From positions 192,001-256,000 of the forward strand of contig CAXXNO010000012.1 in NCBI GenBank assembly GCA_963663235.2: a stretch of 64,000 nt of DNA, given 5' to 3'. Origin of the DNA: Dehalococcoidia bacterium (lineage in GTDB: Bacteria; Chloroflexota; Dehalococcoidia; Bin125). Positions 56,657-64,000 of the stretch are shown one piece after another (positions within the stretch are counted from its first letter, which is position 1; each line of letters begins with the position of its first letter). The notes beneath the pieces are model-generated. The model was not told the DNA's origin, did not search any database, and saw only the letters and a list, made by a program, of their open reading frames with translations. The position numbers and the translations under genes are program-made.

Positions 56657-57070
56657 ATGGCGGACCGGACGTACACCCTTGCGGAAGCGCGGCACCTCTT
56701 GCCGCAGGTGATTGCGCTGGTCGAGTCGCTCAGCGACACACGACGGCGCTTCACCCAGGCGCAGGCGCTCGCCGACAGTGTGCGGCGCTCGGCCGGGCCC
56801 AACGGTCACGGCACGCTCCCCCGCGCACGCGAGCAGGAGCGTCAGGCCACCGCTCTCGCCGCCGAGATCCAGCAGGTGGTGACGGAACTGAACGAGTTGG
56901 GCGTGGAAATCAAGAATCTCGACCGCGGCTTGATCGATTTCCCCGCACTGCGCGAAGGCCGGCGCGTCTACCTCTGCTGGCAGCAGGGCGAAGCCACGAT
57001 CGAGTGGTGGCACGAGATCGCCGACGGCTTCGCCGGCCGGAGACGCGTCGTGCCGCAAGAGTGGGCCTAG
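56657..57070 (+). CDS. DUF2203 domain protein
   Basis: YTLAEA..LLP, GVEIK..GLIDFP, VYLCW..GE, WH..GFAGR. Confidence 0.9.
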   Translation: MADRTYTLAEARHLLPQVIALVESLSDTRRRFTQAQALADSVRRSAGPNGHGTLPRAREQERQATALAAEIQQVVTELNELGVEIKNLDRGLIDFPALREGRRVYLCWQQGEATIEWWHEIADGFAGRRRVVPQEWA

Positions 57071-57194
57071 CCTCCGCGCACGGCCGGGCCGTCGCGGTCG
57101 TATCGGGCGTCCGTGCGTACTATGCTCGCCAGACTGCGTCGCGGCCCGGTCGCCGATTTCGGGCCGGTGACGCGGAGCCGCCGAGGAGCGTCGC

Positions 57195-57506
57195 ATGGCC
57201 GCCAAAGTCCTGATCGAGCGATTGGTCCAGCACGGCCACGAGACGGAAATCATCGCCCTGCTCAAGGACTTACGCACCCGCTGCCTGGACCAACCCGGCT
57301 ACCTGCAGGGGGAAACGCTGCGCGACGCCACCAATCCCAGCCGTCTCCTGGTGATCAGCCACTGGTCCGGCCTGGCGCAATGGCGGGACTGGGAAACCAG
57401 CGCGGATCGGGACGCGATCGAGGGGCGGATCCGGCCTCACCTCGAGCAGGATCCGGCCATCGACGTCTACCTGGAGGGGCTCTCCGAGGAGATATCCGGC
57501 GCCTGA
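57195..57506 (+). CDS. Antibiotic biosynthesis monooxygenase (ABM) family protein
   Basis: QPGYLQGETL, VISHW, W..S..R; GAGGAG RBS. Confidence 0.85.
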   Translation: MAAKVLIERLVQHGHETEIIALLKDLRTRCLDQPGYLQGETLRDATNPSRLLVISHWSGLAQWRDWETSADRDAIEGRIRPHLEQDPAIDVYLEGLSEEISGA

Positions 57507-58390
57507 TCCCGCGAGGCCCCATCGACCGGTCGCGACCAATCGCCCCGAGCGCCCCGTGAGGAAGGGCCGCGCAGGCCACGCGGCGCCAGCAAGAACACCA
57601 CGCCAAAGCAGAGCACAGCGACCAACACGATGCTGGGCGCTGTGGCCACATCCAGGTGGAACGACGCGTACAGGCCCGCGACGACCGCGACCAGTCCAAC
57701 CACGATCCCGCCCAGCATGATCTGCGGGAGCCGCCGCACCAGGAGGCTGGCGGTGGCGGCCGGCGCCACCAGCATCGCCACGACCAGCACCACCCCAACC
57801 AGGCGGAAGGCGACCACCGCGGCGAGCGCCACCAGCACCAGCAGTCCCGCCTCCACCAGGCCAACGCGCACACCGCTGGCAGCCGCCATCTCCGGGTCAT
57901 AGGCGACGAAGCGAAGCTCCGCGAAGAAGTAGATCGTCAGCGCGACGATCACGGCCGTGAGCGCGCCCATGACGATCAGGTCGGTCGTGCTGACGCCGAG
58001 GATGTTGCCCACGAGGAACGAGTTGAGGTCGAGCGCGTAGTTGCGGGCGCGGCTGACGAGGAGGATGCCGAGAGCGAAGAGCCCGGCGAAGAAGATGGCG
58101 ATCGCGGTATCAAGGCGGACCCGGCTGCGACGGCTGACCGTGGTCACACCCAGCGCCGTGATCACGGCGGCGACGCCCGCGCCCAGGCTGATCAGGGCAG
58201 AGCCCCCGCCCGCCAGGAAGGCCACCGCCGCGCCGGCCAGCGACGTATGCGCCACCGCGTCGCCAAGGAACGCCAGCCCCCGCACCACCACGAACGTGCC
58301 GACCACCGCCCCGGCCACCGCCACGAAGACGCCGGCGAGCAACGCCCGTTGCATGAATTCGAAGTGCCAGGGGTCGGTGAGCCAATCCAC
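57467..58390 (-). CDS. Zn/Mn ABC transporter permease (ZnuB/MntB-like)
   Basis: FMQRALL, LGDAVAH..LAG, FLVGNIL, VGVVLV..ML..PAA. Confidence 0.92.
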   Translation of the reverse strand: MDWLTDPWHFEFMQRALLAGVFVAVAGAVVGTFVVVRGLAFLGDAVAHTSLAGAAVAFLAGGGSALISLGAGVAAVITALGVTTVSRRSRVRLDTAIAIFFAGLFALGILLVSRARNYALDLNSFLVGNILGVSTTDLIVMGALTAVIVALTIYFFAELRFVAYDPEMAAASGVRVGLVEAGLLVLVALAAVVAFRLVGVVLVVAMLVAPAATASLLVRRLPQIMLGGIVVGLVAVVAGLYASFHLDVATAPSIVLVAVLCFGVVFLLAPRGLRGPSSRGARGDWSRPVDGASRDQAPDISSESPSR

Positions 58391-58392
58391 GG

Positions 58393-59241
58393 CTAGGTCT
58401 CGTGTGTGGCGTGATCGACGTGCGGCTCCGTCGCGTACATCTGCTCCCCGATTTGAAACACCAGGACGTGACGCCCGAATGCCTCGGTCAGCACGTTCTC
58501 GGTCAGCACGCTGCTCGGCGGCCCGAAGGCCAGCAGGCGACGATTGATGCACAACGCGCTGGAGTACCGGCGATACACACAGGCAAGGTCGTGCGTGGCG
58601 ACGATCAACGTCTTGCCCGCGGCGGCCAGCTCCGCAAAGAGCTGAAGCATGTCCTCCTCCACGCTAACGTCCAGCCCCGCCGTCGGCTCGTCCAAGAGGA
58701 AGACGTCCGGATCCTTCACCAGCGTCCGAGCCAGGAGCACCCGCCGCTGCTGCCCGGCGCTCAGCTCCCTGATCTGCTCCGATGCCAAATCCGCCGTCCC
58801 CGTCCGCTCCATCGCCGCGCTCACCTTTGGGGAGCGCCCGCCCATGAACAACCGCACCAGATCGCGCCCCAGGCGGGGGCGGTACAGCCCCATCGCCACA
58901 ACCTCCTGCGCCGTGATCGGGAAGGTCCAGTCCACGTGCTCGGCCTGGGGCATGTAGCCCACGGTCGCCCGGGCCCGCTCCGGCTCACGGCCCAGAACGC
59001 GCACGCGGCCCGTCCAGGCCGGCAGCAGCCCGAGGAGCGCACGGATGAGCGTGCTCTTCCCCGACCCGTTCGGTCCGATCAGTCCCACCATGTCCCCGCG
59101 CGCCGCGACAAAGGAGATCTCTTCTATCGCCGCGCCCCCGTCGTAGCCCGTTGTCAAACCGTCCACGACCACCGCGGCCGTCGGGGCCGCCGGCGCCTCC
59201 GGGGCTTGCCGCGGGCCGTTAGTCGGCGATGGCATGGGCAT
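58393..59241 (-). CDS. Zn/Mn ABC transporter ATPase (ZnuC-like)
   Basis: GPNGSGKST, GYMPQ, LSAGQQRR, LLDEP. Confidence 0.93.
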   Translation of the reverse strand: MPMPSPTNGPRQAPEAPAAPTAAVVVDGLTTGYDGGAAIEEISFVAARGDMVGLIGPNGSGKSTLIRALLGLLPAWTGRVRVLGREPERARATVGYMPQAEHVDWTFPITAQEVVAMGLYRPRLGRDLVRLFMGGRSPKVSAAMERTGTADLASEQIRELSAGQQRRVLLARTLVKDPDVFLLDEPTAGLDVSVEEDMLQLFAELAAAGKTLIVATHDLACVYRRYSSALCINRRLLAFGPPSSVLTENVLTEAFGRHVLVFQIGEQMYATEPHVDHATHET

Positions 59242-60166
59242 TCGCTCTCATCAGATCGATGTACGTCGGCGCGGCGGCGGCGTCGATCGTGGAGAAGATG
59301 TCGCGCACCATCGCGCCGGTTTCCGACGCGATCTCCTCAACGATCGGCGTGGTGAACTGCGGCTCCCGGAAAATGAACGCGACGCCCCGCTCGCGCATCT
59401 CCTCAATCAGGTCGGCGACCGCCGCCGCATTGGCGTGCTCTTCCGGACTTTCCACCACGAACCCCAGGATTTCCAGGCCGTAGCGGGCGGCGAAGCGGCC
59501 GTAGGCGTCATGGAACGTCACCAAGACGCGCCGCTCCGCCGGGAGGCCCTGGAACAGGTTCCGGACCTCGCTATCCAGCGCTTCGAGCCGCGCGCTGTAA
59601 CCGGCGGCGCGTCTCGTATACGCCGTCGCTCCGGCCGGATCGAGCGCGCCGAGCGCCTCCCCGATCACCGCTGTCGCGTCGATCATCAACCTGGGGTCCA
59701 GCCAGAGGTGCGGATCGAGCGCGTGGTTCGTCGGATTTTGCGCAGCGGAGCCGTCGTTTCCAACGGAGCGCACGTCCAGCGCCTGAGACAGCACGAGCAA
59801 TTCGCCATCCATATTCTCCTCGATGACGTCCTGGAAGGCGGCCTCCAACCCGGCCCCGTTGAGGATCACGAGGTCGGCGTCCGCAATCGCAATCGCATCG
59901 CCGGGCGAGAGCGTGAACGTGTGGACGTCCGCCAGCGGCGCGACCAGAGATCTGACCGCTACCCGATCCCCCCCGACCTCCCTCGCGACGTCCGCAATCA
60001 CCGCTGTGGACGTCACCACTCGCACGGCCTCCCTTGCAACCGTTTGCAGATCCGCCGGCGACTCGCCCTCCGAGCCACTGCAAGCGGCAAGGACAGCCGC
60101 AGCGAGAACCGCGACGGCCACGGTCCCATGAGGCCAGAATCGATACCATGTCTCAATAGCGCGCAA
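59219..60166 (-). CDS. Zn/Mn ABC substrate-binding lipoprotein (ZnuA/TroA-like)
   Basis: LAAC lipobox, DVH, NGAGLE, DPHLWLDP, TFHDAYG; start uncertain. Confidence 0.92.
   Translation of the reverse strand: MRAIETWYRFWPHGTVAVAVLAAAVLAACSGSEGESPADLQTVAREAVRVVTSTAVIADVAREVGGDRVAVRSLVAPLADVHTFTLSPGDAIAIADADLVILNGAGLEAAFQDVIEENMDGELLVLSQALDVRSVGNDGSAAQNPTNHALDPHLWLDPRLMIDATAVIGEALGALDPAGATAYTRRAAGYSARLEALDSEVRNLFQGLPAERRVLVTFHDAYGRFAARYGLEILGFVVESPEEHANAAAVADLIEEMRERGVAFIFREPQFTTPIVEEIASETGAMVRDIFSTIDAAAAPTYIDLMRANAHAIAD
60141..60155. promoter_or_regulatory. Second Fur/Zur-like box
   Basis: Minus strand TGAGAC-ATG-GTATCG, preceded by TAT like the first box. Confidence 0.45.
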
Positions 60167-60170
60167 GGGT

Positions 60171-60671
60171 TCACGCAGCCCCCGTCACCGACGTGACTTC
60201 TTCGCTTCGCGGCGCAGCGCCCGTCGCGCGCTTGGCGTCCAGCGCGGGCCGCTCCCCCTCACCGGCGAGGCAGCGCTGACAGCGACCGTAAACCTCCAGC
60301 CAGTGCCCCTCCATCGCAAAGCCGGCCACCCGCGCGGCTTCGCCGAGCAGTTCAGGGATCCCGCACTGACTTATGTCGCGTGTGGCGCCGCAGGTCCGGC
60401 ACACAAGGTGGTGGTGATGGCCCCGTCGGCTCCAGCGATAGAGCAGCCGCCCATCATCCTGGATCACCCGGCAGATGATGTCGGCATCGACGAGGAGCTT
60501 CAGCGTCCGAAAGATGGTTGCCCGACCGACCCGTGGGAGCTCGCGCTGGATCTCCTCGGCGGAGAAGCGCTCCGCCGCCGCCGCCGCCGCCGCCAGCACC
60601 GCCAGGCGCGGCGGTGTGAGGCGAACGTTGCGGTCCTCCAACAGTTGCACGACCTGCGCCAACTGGGACAT
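60171..60671 (-). CDS. Fur family repressor (Zur-like)
   Basis: RLTPPR, GRATIFRTL, HHHHLVCRTCG, YGRCQRC. Confidence 0.92.
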   Translation of the reverse strand: MSQLAQVVQLLEDRNVRLTPPRLAVLAAAAAAAERFSAEEIQRELPRVGRATIFRTLKLLVDADIICRVIQDDGRLLYRWSRRGHHHHLVCRTCGATRDISQCGIPELLGEAARVAGFAMEGHWLEVYGRCQRCLAGEGERPALDAKRATGAAPRSEEVTSVTGAA

Positions 60672-60711
60672 CGCCGCCCGCCTCTCCGTCCGGCCGTCAG
60701 CCGGTCGCAAC

Positions 60712-60740
60712 AGGCTATATTGAGACAAAGTATCAGTCAA
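60712..60740 (-). promoter_or_regulatory. Sigma70 promoter with overlapping Fur/Zur-like operator
   Basis: TTGACT-17 nt-TAGCCT on the minus strand; palindrome TGATAC-TTT-GTCTCA at 60721-60735. Confidence 0.68.
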
Positions 60741-60786
60741 CGCTCCGGCGCGGGCCGCGCGAAGACCTAACCTCGACGCGCCGCGG

Positions 60787-61602
60787 TCAGCGTGAAAGCA
60801 GGAGAACGGACTCCGACGGCTGCTGCGATGCCGCCGCGCTCGGCTCGTGGGTGACGATGACGCCGTCCGCGGAATCGAGCCCTACCGGCAGGTAGCTGTG
60901 CAGGATCCCCTGCCCCGTCGCATCGACGTAGAACACGCCAACCTTCTGGAAGCCGTCGCTCGTCTCCATCCACACCACGTAGGCGGAGCCGCCCTTGGTC
61001 GGCTCCAGGCCGCTCGCCACCAGCGTGATCGCCTCGTCGTGGGGGTCCCAGATCATCCGGCCGCTGGCGCGGGGCGCAGCCTGCGTTTGAGCCAGCGTGA
61101 TCACCTGCGTCTCCCGCGCAGACAGCGCGATGAGTGCATCGGCGTCCGCATTCGCTCTGGCCGCCGGAGCCGCCGCTGTGACTGAGGCGACCACCGACTC
61201 CAACCCCTCGTTGCTGGTCTCAAGCTCGTCGACGCGGTCGTGCAGCAGGACGTTCCACGTCGCCAGCCCAGCGACCGTGGCCACCGCGACGGACGCCGCC
61301 AGCGCCGCCAGCCCCGCCCGCCGCCCCAGGAAACCCATCAGCGCCGGCGGCCCGCGCCGTCCCGATGCGCCGCCCTCGTACGCCTCCGCCAGCACCCGCT
61401 CTTTCAGCCGGGGCCGCGGGCTCACGACCGGGGCGGCCAACCCCAGGGCAGCCGCCACTCGCCGGAGCGCCGAGACCGTCTCCTCACAGTCCTCACAACC
61501 CTCGTCCAGGTGATCGCTGACAGATTGCTGCTCATCCGGCTCAAGGGCGTCGAGCGCGTACGCCTCCAGGAGATCGGCCGTGCGCTCGTGACCTTCGCTC
61601 AC
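60787..61602 (-). CDS. Anti-sigma factor (RskA-like, zf-HC2 N-terminus)
   Basis: AYALDAL...HL..CEDC, TM helix, Y..W, VTHEP. Confidence 0.88.
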   Translation of the reverse strand: MSEGHERTADLLEAYALDALEPDEQQSVSDHLDEGCEDCEETVSALRRVAAALGLAAPVVSPRPRLKERVLAEAYEGGASGRRGPPALMGFLGRRAGLAALAASVAVATVAGLATWNVLLHDRVDELETSNEGLESVVASVTAAAPAARANADADALIALSARETQVITLAQTQAAPRASGRMIWDPHDEAITLVASGLEPTKGGSAYVVWMETSDGFQKVGVFYVDATGQGILHSYLPVGLDSADGVIVTHEPSAAASQQPSESVLLLSR

Positions 61603-61624
61603 CGCTGGCCTCCAGGTAGATCGC

Positions 61625-62290
61625 TCACGCGATCCCCTCGCTCCGCGCGGTCCCGTCCGTGGGGCCGCCGCCCGCCGCGCGGGGCTTGTCCTCAGCGGCG
61701 CGGACGGAGTCGATGGTCCCCACGCGGCCGTCGAGCGCGATGCGCAACTTCTGCATGCCCAAGCGGATGCGTGTCTTCACCGTCCCCAGTGGTGCACCCT
61801 GCGCCTCCGCGATCTCCGCCTGGGTCAGCCCTTTGAAGTAGGCCAGCTCAATCGTCACCCGTTGCTCCTTGGGCAGGCTCTGCAACGCCTCTCGCACCAG
61901 GGCCCGCTGATCCACTAATTCCACGCGGTGGAACTCCACCGCCGGCGCCTCGCTGGCGATCAACTCCCCGGCCGGCTGATCGATGATCTGACGCTCCTTG
62001 CCAGTCCGCCGCCTACGCGAGCGATACTCATCGATCGCACGGTTGCGCGTCACGCTCAGAAGCCAGCCCACAAACCTGCCCCGCTCCTCCACGTACCGCT
62101 GCGGCCGCCGCCAGATCCGGACGAACACCTCCTGGACCACGTCCTCGGCGCTGTGGGAATCTTCCAGGACGCCGTAGGCCGTGGAATAGACAAGCCGCAC
62201 ATAGCGGTCGTAGAGGGCCTCGAACGCCTCCACGCCCCCCGTGGCAACCGCCCGCATTAACTCTTCGTCGCTCTGGTCGCGAAGGTGCAC
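61625..62290 (-). CDS. ECF sigma factor (SigK-like)
   Basis: AFEALYDRY, AEDVVQEVF..IW, RNRAID, LAYFKGLTQAEIA...PLGTVKTRIR. Confidence 0.93.
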   Translation of the reverse strand: MHLRDQSDEELMRAVATGGVEAFEALYDRYVRLVYSTAYGVLEDSHSAEDVVQEVFVRIWRRPQRYVEERGRFVGWLLSVTRNRAIDEYRSRRRRTGKERQIIDQPAGELIASEAPAVEFHRVELVDQRALVREALQSLPKEQRVTIELAYFKGLTQAEIAEAQGAPLGTVKTRIRLGMQKLRIALDGRVGTIDSVRAAEDKPRAAGGGPTDGTARSEGIA

Positions 62291-62434
62291 CGAGACAGCA
62301 TAATGGAGGCGTCATCACACAACCGCGCAATCTCTACTATCGATCTCTACGTCCCGGGCGGTGGAATGGTTGTCCCGCCGGCCCGGACGGCCGGTGCTAT
62401 ACTCGGCGCCGCCGCCGTTGCGAAAGAGGGAGCG

Positions 62435-62923
62435 ATGGACCCGGAGGCCAAGAAAACCGCCCTGCGGATGATCCCGTACGGCCTCTTTGTGCTGACCACC
62501 ACCGGCGAGCGCATCGGCACCGGGACGGTGAACTGGGTCTCGCAGATGTCCTTCCATCCTCCGCTGGTGGCGCTGGGAGTGAAAAAAGACTCCCAGAACT
62601 TCGCCAACATCAAAGCGGGCGGCGCCATCGCCCTCTCCGCCCTGGGGACAGGGCAAGGCGATCTCGCCTTCGCGTTCTTTGGCGACGTGGAGGTCAAGGG
62701 CGAGACCTTCGTCTCCAAAGACAAGAGCGTCCCGTTCGAGCGCACGACCGGGGGAACGCCGGTGCTCGCGGAGGCGCCGGCGTGGCTCGAAGTGAAGCTC
62801 GTTGACACCGTCGAGGCCGGCGACCACGCGGTAGTCGTGGTGGAGGTAATCGATGCCGGGCTTCGCGAGCAAAAGCCGCAGGTCCTCACCCTCAAAGAGC
62901 TAGGTCTGAACTACGGGGGCTGA
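62435..62923 (+). CDS. Flavin reductase family protein
   Basis: ALRMIPYGLFVLT, WVSQMSF.PP, GDH, ends NYGG. Confidence 0.9.
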   Translation: MDPEAKKTALRMIPYGLFVLTTTGERIGTGTVNWVSQMSFHPPLVALGVKKDSQNFANIKAGGAIALSALGTGQGDLAFAFFGDVEVKGETFVSKDKSVPFERTTGGTPVLAEAPAWLEVKLVDTVEAGDHAVVVVEVIDAGLREQKPQVLTLKELGLNYGG

Positions 62924-62948
62924 TCGCTCCCGCTCACGCCGTCCCCAT

Positions 62949-64000
62949 ATGCCAACCGCCACCGACGCCCTGGGGCGCACCGTCACCCTCGCCCAGCCGG
63001 CGACACGGGTGATCTCGCTCGTTCCCAGCGTCACCGAGTCGGTCGTCGCTTTCGGTCGCGCATCCAGCCTGACGGCCGTGACCAAGTTCTGTGTAGAACC
63101 GCCCGAGGTCACAACCGCCCTCCGCAAGGTGGGCGGGACGAAGAATCCAGACCTGGAGGCGATCCTGACGCTCCAGCCGGACTTGGTGCTGGCGAACGTG
63201 GAGGAGAACCGCCGCGAGGATGTGGAGTCCCTCATCGCCGCCGGGCTCAACGTCTTCGTGGGCTATCCGCGCACCGTCGCCGCCGCCGCCGAGGAGCTGG
63301 AAGCGATCGCCCAACTCGTGGGCGGCATCCCCGGCGGCGCCCTGGTCCGGAGCGCACGCGAGGCGCTGGCGCGCCAGCAGGAGCTCAATGAGAGCCGTCC
63401 GCGCGTCCGCGTCTTCTGCCCGATCTGGCGCAACCCGTACATGGCCGTCGGCGGCGACACCTATGCCGGCGACGTGATCCGCTTGGCCGGCGGAGTGAAC
63501 GTCTTCGAACACCACCCGAGCGGCGCCCGCTATCCCCAGGTGACGCTGCGGGAGATCACGGCCGCCGACCCCCAGGTGATTCTGCTCCCAGATGAGCCCT
63601 ACCAGTTTCGCGAGCGGCATCGCGATGAGTTCCTGGTGCATCGCGACATCGAAGCCGTGCGCGAGCGACGCCTCTTCCTGGTGGACGGGCGCTGGCTGAC
63701 CTGGTACGGGCCGCGCATGAGCGATGGGCTGCGGACGGTCGAGATACTCCTCGACAAAGCACGCCGGGAGTGGTCGCCGCCGCCCGAGGAATCGAAACCG
63801 AAGCGCGCATCCACGCGCTCGTTAACGAAGCCCGCCGGCGCGAAGTCGACGAGCAAGAAGCCGGACGCCGCCGGCACGGGCCGTTCGTCCGGCAAGCGCC
63901 GTTCGTCCGGCAAGCAAAGGAGCCCCCGAGACGCGGGCACTCCACCGCTGCCGCCGGGCCTGCGCCTGAACGTCGATCAACAGGACGTCGTGGATGAGGG
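62949..64000 (+). CDS. BtuF-like helical-backbone metal/cobalamin-binding protein; runs off the window end (absent from the track)
   Basis: MPTATDALGR..RVISLVPSVTE, VTKFC..P, VGGTKNPD, NVEEN, IWRNPYM, RYP, LPDEPYQF, WYGPR. Confidence 0.88.
   Translation, partial: MPTATDALGRTVTLAQPATRVISLVPSVTESVVAFGRASSLTAVTKFCVEPPEVTTALRKVGGTKNPDLEAILTLQPDLVLANVEENRREDVESLIAAGLNVFVGYPRTVAAAAEELEAIAQLVGGIPGGALVRSAREALARQQELNESRPRVRVFCPIWRNPYMAVGGDTYAGDVIRLAGGVNVFEHHPSGARYPQVTLREITAADPQVILLPDEPYQFRERHRDEFLVHRDIEAVRERRLFLVDGRWLTWYGPRMSDGLRTVEILLDKARREWSPPPEESKPKRASTRSLTKPAGAKSTSKKPDAAGTGRSSGKRRSSGKQRSPRDAGTPPLPPGLRLNVDQQDVVDE
63880..63915 (+). repeat. 18-bp tandem repeat in the basic C-terminal tail
   Basis: GCCGTTCGTCCGGCAAGC x2 (encodes RSSGK twice). 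Confidence 0.9.

Noticed and set aside
1-64000. CRISPR arrays, tRNA/rRNA, IS elements, integrases, prophage or defence islands
   Set aside because: No spaced repeats, tRNA folds, transposase or phage motifs were seen by eye; the TA pair is the only mobile-type element.

Overview
GC-rich bacterial chromosomal window with about 70 CDSs and no recognisable rRNA, tRNA, CRISPR array or IS. The gene content (multiple CaiB CoA-transferases, LLM/F420 enzymes, cofC/cofD, DUF4389, DUF3105, a very large FtsX permease) suggests Chloroflexota, probably Dehalococcoidia; this is inference. The main hidden signal is four selenoprotein genes that the ORF track splits, carrying five in-frame TGA codons: an AhpD/CMD-like protein (CxxU, TGA 11049), a small HesB/CC-Se-like protein with TWO candidate Sec residues (TGA 16720 and 16504), a UGSC protein (TGA 23510) and an ArsC/Spx-like protein (UxxC, TGA 50086). 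Each TGA is followed after exactly 13 nt by a G-loop hairpin (SECIS-like). The most novel item is the two-Sec protein: its second Sec lies in a His-rich HVHGPT-U-AH tail, with the SECIS in the 3' UTR beyond a genuine TGA stop. Other observations: a Crp-box-flanked redox/heme/membrane locus whose Crp gene has a nonsense codon, an oxs-panE2-like oxalate module, a highly structured intergenic region (34185-34601) with micro-ORFs and a terminator, NrdR, Fur/Zur and toxin-antitoxin operator sites, recurrent leaderless gene starts, and several lesions (nonsense, frameshift, two internal deletions). Family assignments come from motif recognition by eye; no database searches were run.
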